Positions 60,526 through 64,000 of a stretch of DNA of 64,000 bases are shown one piece after another (positions within the stretch are counted from its first letter, which is position 1; each line of letters opens with the position of its first letter). This DNA comes from Lama guanicoe (lineage: Eukaryota). The notes beneath the pieces were generated by a model. It was not told the origin of the DNA and did not search any database. It worked only from the letters and a program-made list of their open reading frames with translations. The position numbers were made by a program, and so were the translations under genes. The stretch covers positions 8,577,352-8,641,351 of the forward strand of contig MU053934.1 of NCBI GenBank assembly GCA_013239625.1, read 5' to 3'.

Positions 60526-63273
60526 CTGGAGAGGGAGGGACAGTTGCGTGGTCAGATAGACGCACAAACAGGGTGATGACATGCAGCCCCGAGCAGAGCC
60601 AGGACTCAGGAAGAATCCAGAGCACAGGCTTGGACACGACCTGGCTCAGACACCCCCATGTTCGAGGAGAGGGGACGGCAGTTGCGAGGCCGTGGTGCCA
60701 CCAAGGTTGCCCGGGTCCCGGACTGGCACCGACCGGCCTGGGGGCTCTGGTCTCCAGTAACCTGAGTGGAGGGAGAGGTCTAAGGTGGTTTCCGCAGGGC
60801 TCCGTGACCTCAGGAGGTCCCCTCAGTCAGGCGGGCACCTTGTCTGTAAGTTCCCTGCAGGGCTGGTCTTTATTCAGGTGGCCTTTCCTCCTCCACCACG
60901 GCGGGCCCTCAGCACAGCAGGCCTGCCTTCTAAGCACAGAACCGACATCCCCACCACCAGAGGACGCGCAGAGGCCGGGGTGAAGGCCTCATGCCTGCCC
61001 TGGGGGTGGCCAGCCTGGGGTCGGACAAGCCTGTCCCGCTCTGACCTTGACACAAGTGGTCAGGGCCTCTGATCCCCAGACACCAGGCTCGGAGCTGGAC
61101 ACAGACATTGATACCGAAAGTGGAAAACAGAAAGAATTCCTCTGGTCCTCACCAGGCCGTGGCTGCAGACGGTCACCAGCTTGGGGACTGCTCTGCTCTG
61201 GACCAGAGTGGGGCAGGTGGGGTGGGTGGTGGTCAGCGAGGACCCCAGCTGTGATCCCGGCTCACATCCCAGGGAGCCAGCCTGCACTCTGTCAGCCCCT
61301 CCCCATCATTCAAGGTTTGCCCACGTGTTCTGGTTCACACTGGCCAGCCAACAGTACACCATCCGGACTCTCAATGTGGGTCAGCTGGCCCCAGGCCACC
61401 GGGGCCAGACTCTGAACATAAGCTTAGCCAGAGGCTCAAGATTTGGCTCAAACATGTGGGCCTTCAACCCAGAGAAACACTTTCGAGAGACCCCAGAGCT
61501 CATGACCTTTTGCTGGTGCTACCTGGCCCCAGGCCCGGTCCTCCTCCCAAAGGAGCCTCCAGGGGTCCTCCCCGCCCTCCACGCGCCTTCCTTTCTCTGG
61601 GTCTGGGGTCGGGCCCCATGCAGGCTGCCTCTCCTGCTCCCCACGTGGCTTCTGGCAACAGCAGCGGCCAGCAGCCAAGCTGGTGGGCACCTTTTGGCCT
61701 GAGCTGACCCACCTGGAGGCCACCGAGTCAATGGCAGGTCCAGACGTGTGTTGGGAGGACGCAAGGGCAACACATGCGATCAAAGTCCCAGAGCAGCAAG
61801 GGGAGAGGAAGGCTCAGGAAAGGTGCAGAGGCCGAGCTGAGTGGCTACGTGAAGATGGCTCATGCCTGCGTATTTTGTGTTAAGCTGTGCGCGTGCGTGT
61901 GCGGCATGTGTGTGCGCGTGTGTGTTTGCAGTGCACACGCTGGCGTGGAGGGAGGGGCGGGCCTTGGACTTTCACAGCTGAGGGGGGCACATGAGAGTGA
62001 CAGCTCCTAGGGACACAGCACTGACCTTGGTCAGAAGCCTCTCCCTGGAGGCCCAGTCCTGACTGTCCCTTGCCCAAACACCTTCCATAGCTCCCCATTG
62101 CCAGCAAGTCACTGACAACCAAAGCTCAACTCCATGACTCAACATGGGAGGCCCCCAAAGGCCCACGTCTCCACCTCTGTGCCTGCTCCCGCCTCCCCCT
62201 CCAGTGCTGCGAGGCCCGCGGTTCCAGCCTCCCACTGCCATCTGCCTGCAGTTCTCACCGGGATGCCCGTTCCCTGGGGCCTGCCTCCACCTTGGACTGC
62301 CAAGACTGTCCACCCTCAGAGGCCTGCTTCAAGCACCACCTCCTCCAGGAAGGCCTCCCTGACCCCCAAGTAGGCATGGGCCTCTGCAGGGCTCTCAGAG
62401 CTCCTGGGAATCCTTCTGACTCAGCCCAGTCACTCTGGGTTCGTCTGATTCCTCATCTGCCCCCTCCTGGAATCTGAGCCTCTTAGGGGCAGGACCTGTC
62501 AAGTTCAACCCAGGCAGGCCCTCAGCGAGTGAGGCTGCTGTGAGGACAAGAGGGCCAGGGCAGCCCCTCCCTGTCCCCGAGTTGGGGGCCTCTGCCCAGC
62601 CCTGTGGCCCCAGGACAGGCAGGAGCCGTGGTCACCTGTGCAGCTGGCAGCCCCCGGCAGCTCAGCAGCAGGTGCCCCACGGAGCTGAGCACCGGGTGGT
62701 AACCCTCGGGCTTCTGCTCCGCGCCGGGCGCCACAGTAAAGGCTTTGTGCCGCCCAGTTCTGTCCTCACGGCCCCCAGGAGGCACCAGCATCCCCCCCCA
62801 TTGGCAGACAGGCCGACTTGGCCAGGAAGGTTAACAGGCCAGGCGACTTGTCCGAAGTGCGGAGCCCAGTCAGGGGGCCCCGGCCCAGCGTCTGTGCCGT
62901 CTCCCAGAGGGCACCGCTTGTGACCCACACTCAGAAGTCTTCATGACACGTGACCCAGTCCAGGAACAAACTGCTCACGAAACAATGCTTATGGTGTCTC
63001 TTGGTATTTTCTCTTCTGTTCTAGTCCAGCCTGGCTTATGTCATTAAAAAGAATTCCGGTCATAACTCACTAAATCGACTCCACAGCTCCTCCCGGTGTG
63101 GAAACCGTGTGTGGTGCAAATGTCTCCTCTGAAGGATGGGCAAAAGAGACGGGGGGGGGGGGAACTCCCACGTGGGTCACGCCCAGCTCAGTGCCCACCT
63201 AAAACCTCAGTGCTGAGGGGCCGCGGATGGACAGACAGACAGACACCCCGGGGCCTGCCCGTGGGTGGCTTAC

Positions 63274-63366
63274 CTGAGGTAGCACTGCCGCTCCTTGCCC
63301 GGCCAACCTCTGCAAGGAGCTGACCTGAGGACCCGTGACAGGCACTGCAGTGATGGTTCCCAAAGC
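63274..63366 (-). CDS. PHF21B: PHF21B coding exon ([31 protein letters not shown])
   Basis: Minus-strand AG acceptor at 63367-63368 and GTaagc donor; 93 nt. Matches recalled human PHF21B; not given in this frame in the ORF track. Confidence 0.93.
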
Positions 63367-64000
63367 CTGGAAGACAGAGGAGGGCAGTGCTGAGATGGGA
63401 CATGACGCTGGGGTGCACGTGACCCTGCCCAGCCTGGAAACAGTGAGCTCTGCTCTCTCTCTGAATTACAAGTTGTTCAGTCACAAAAGTAACATGTATC
63501 ATGCAGGAACTTCTGGAAACCAGAGAAAGAACAGCATCCCAGAGAACAATCACCCTTTGTCCCACGTTAGCTGCCTTGTACGTACATTTCCTGTGTAGCT
63601 GCACAGAGAATTCTGTAACCGGTTTTTCCATTTTTTACTTAAACACATGTAAGATTTCCCGATGTGGCTACACTCTTCATAAATCACTCCTTTATCGTCT
63701 TTCATTCAGCAGATGTCATGGTATTTCCTCAACCAATCCCCTCCTCTTAAAAAAACTTGGTTTTTTCCCCATCCTTTTTTGATTAATAACCAGTGCTTGC
63801 AGCGCACATCTCTGTGATTGATGCCGTTGCCACATCACAGAGAATTTCTGCAAGGGTCTGAAAACAGGGGTCAGTGGGTGGGAATTTCAGGAGGCAGGAC
63901 TATGTGGGGCCCCTGATACAAGTCCCCACCAGGCTACTCAGGAGGCGTGACGACCAGGGCTCACTCTGACGCAGACACAGACCTCAGCCTCCCAGTCAGG

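Noticed and set aside
60145..60576. Gly/His-rich plus-strand ORF
   Set aside because: Antisense shadow of the 351-nt PHF21B exon.
1..64000. CRISPR arrays, operons, prokaryotic defence systems or a wholly new gene system
   Set aside because: This is spliced mammalian DNA explained by two known genes plus interspersed repeats; I saw no repeat-spacer array or unexplained long ORF.

Overview
Mammalian genomic DNA, most likely camelid, judged from six copies of a tRNA-Ala-derived SINE resembling the camelid vic-1 family. The region corresponds to the ARHGAP8-PHF21B locus (human 22q13.31). On the + strand lie the last 8 coding exons of ARHGAP8 (2473-25357): the end of the BCH/Sec14 domain, the proline-rich linker and the RhoGAP domain. 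On the - strand lie the last 11 coding exons of PHF21B (63366-41899, including the PHD finger) and a ~1.8 kb 3'UTR. The genes are convergent, and both 5' ends lie outside the window. All exon boundaries were read as GT-AG with consistent phases. The rest is intron or intergenic sequence rich in old repeats (L1, L2, MIR, MaLR/ERV1 LTRs, hAT and Tigger DNA transposons). Most supplied ORFs that do not overlap these exons are GC-rich noise. I found no wholly new biological system. The best leads concern splicing: a frame-critical 23-nt PHF21B microexon paralogous to the neuronal PHF21A microexon, a possible frame-compatible cryptic partner exon, and competing splice sites in both genes. Secondary leads are nested transposons and candidate enhancers. 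Repeat family names and human protein comparisons come from recall, not from a search.
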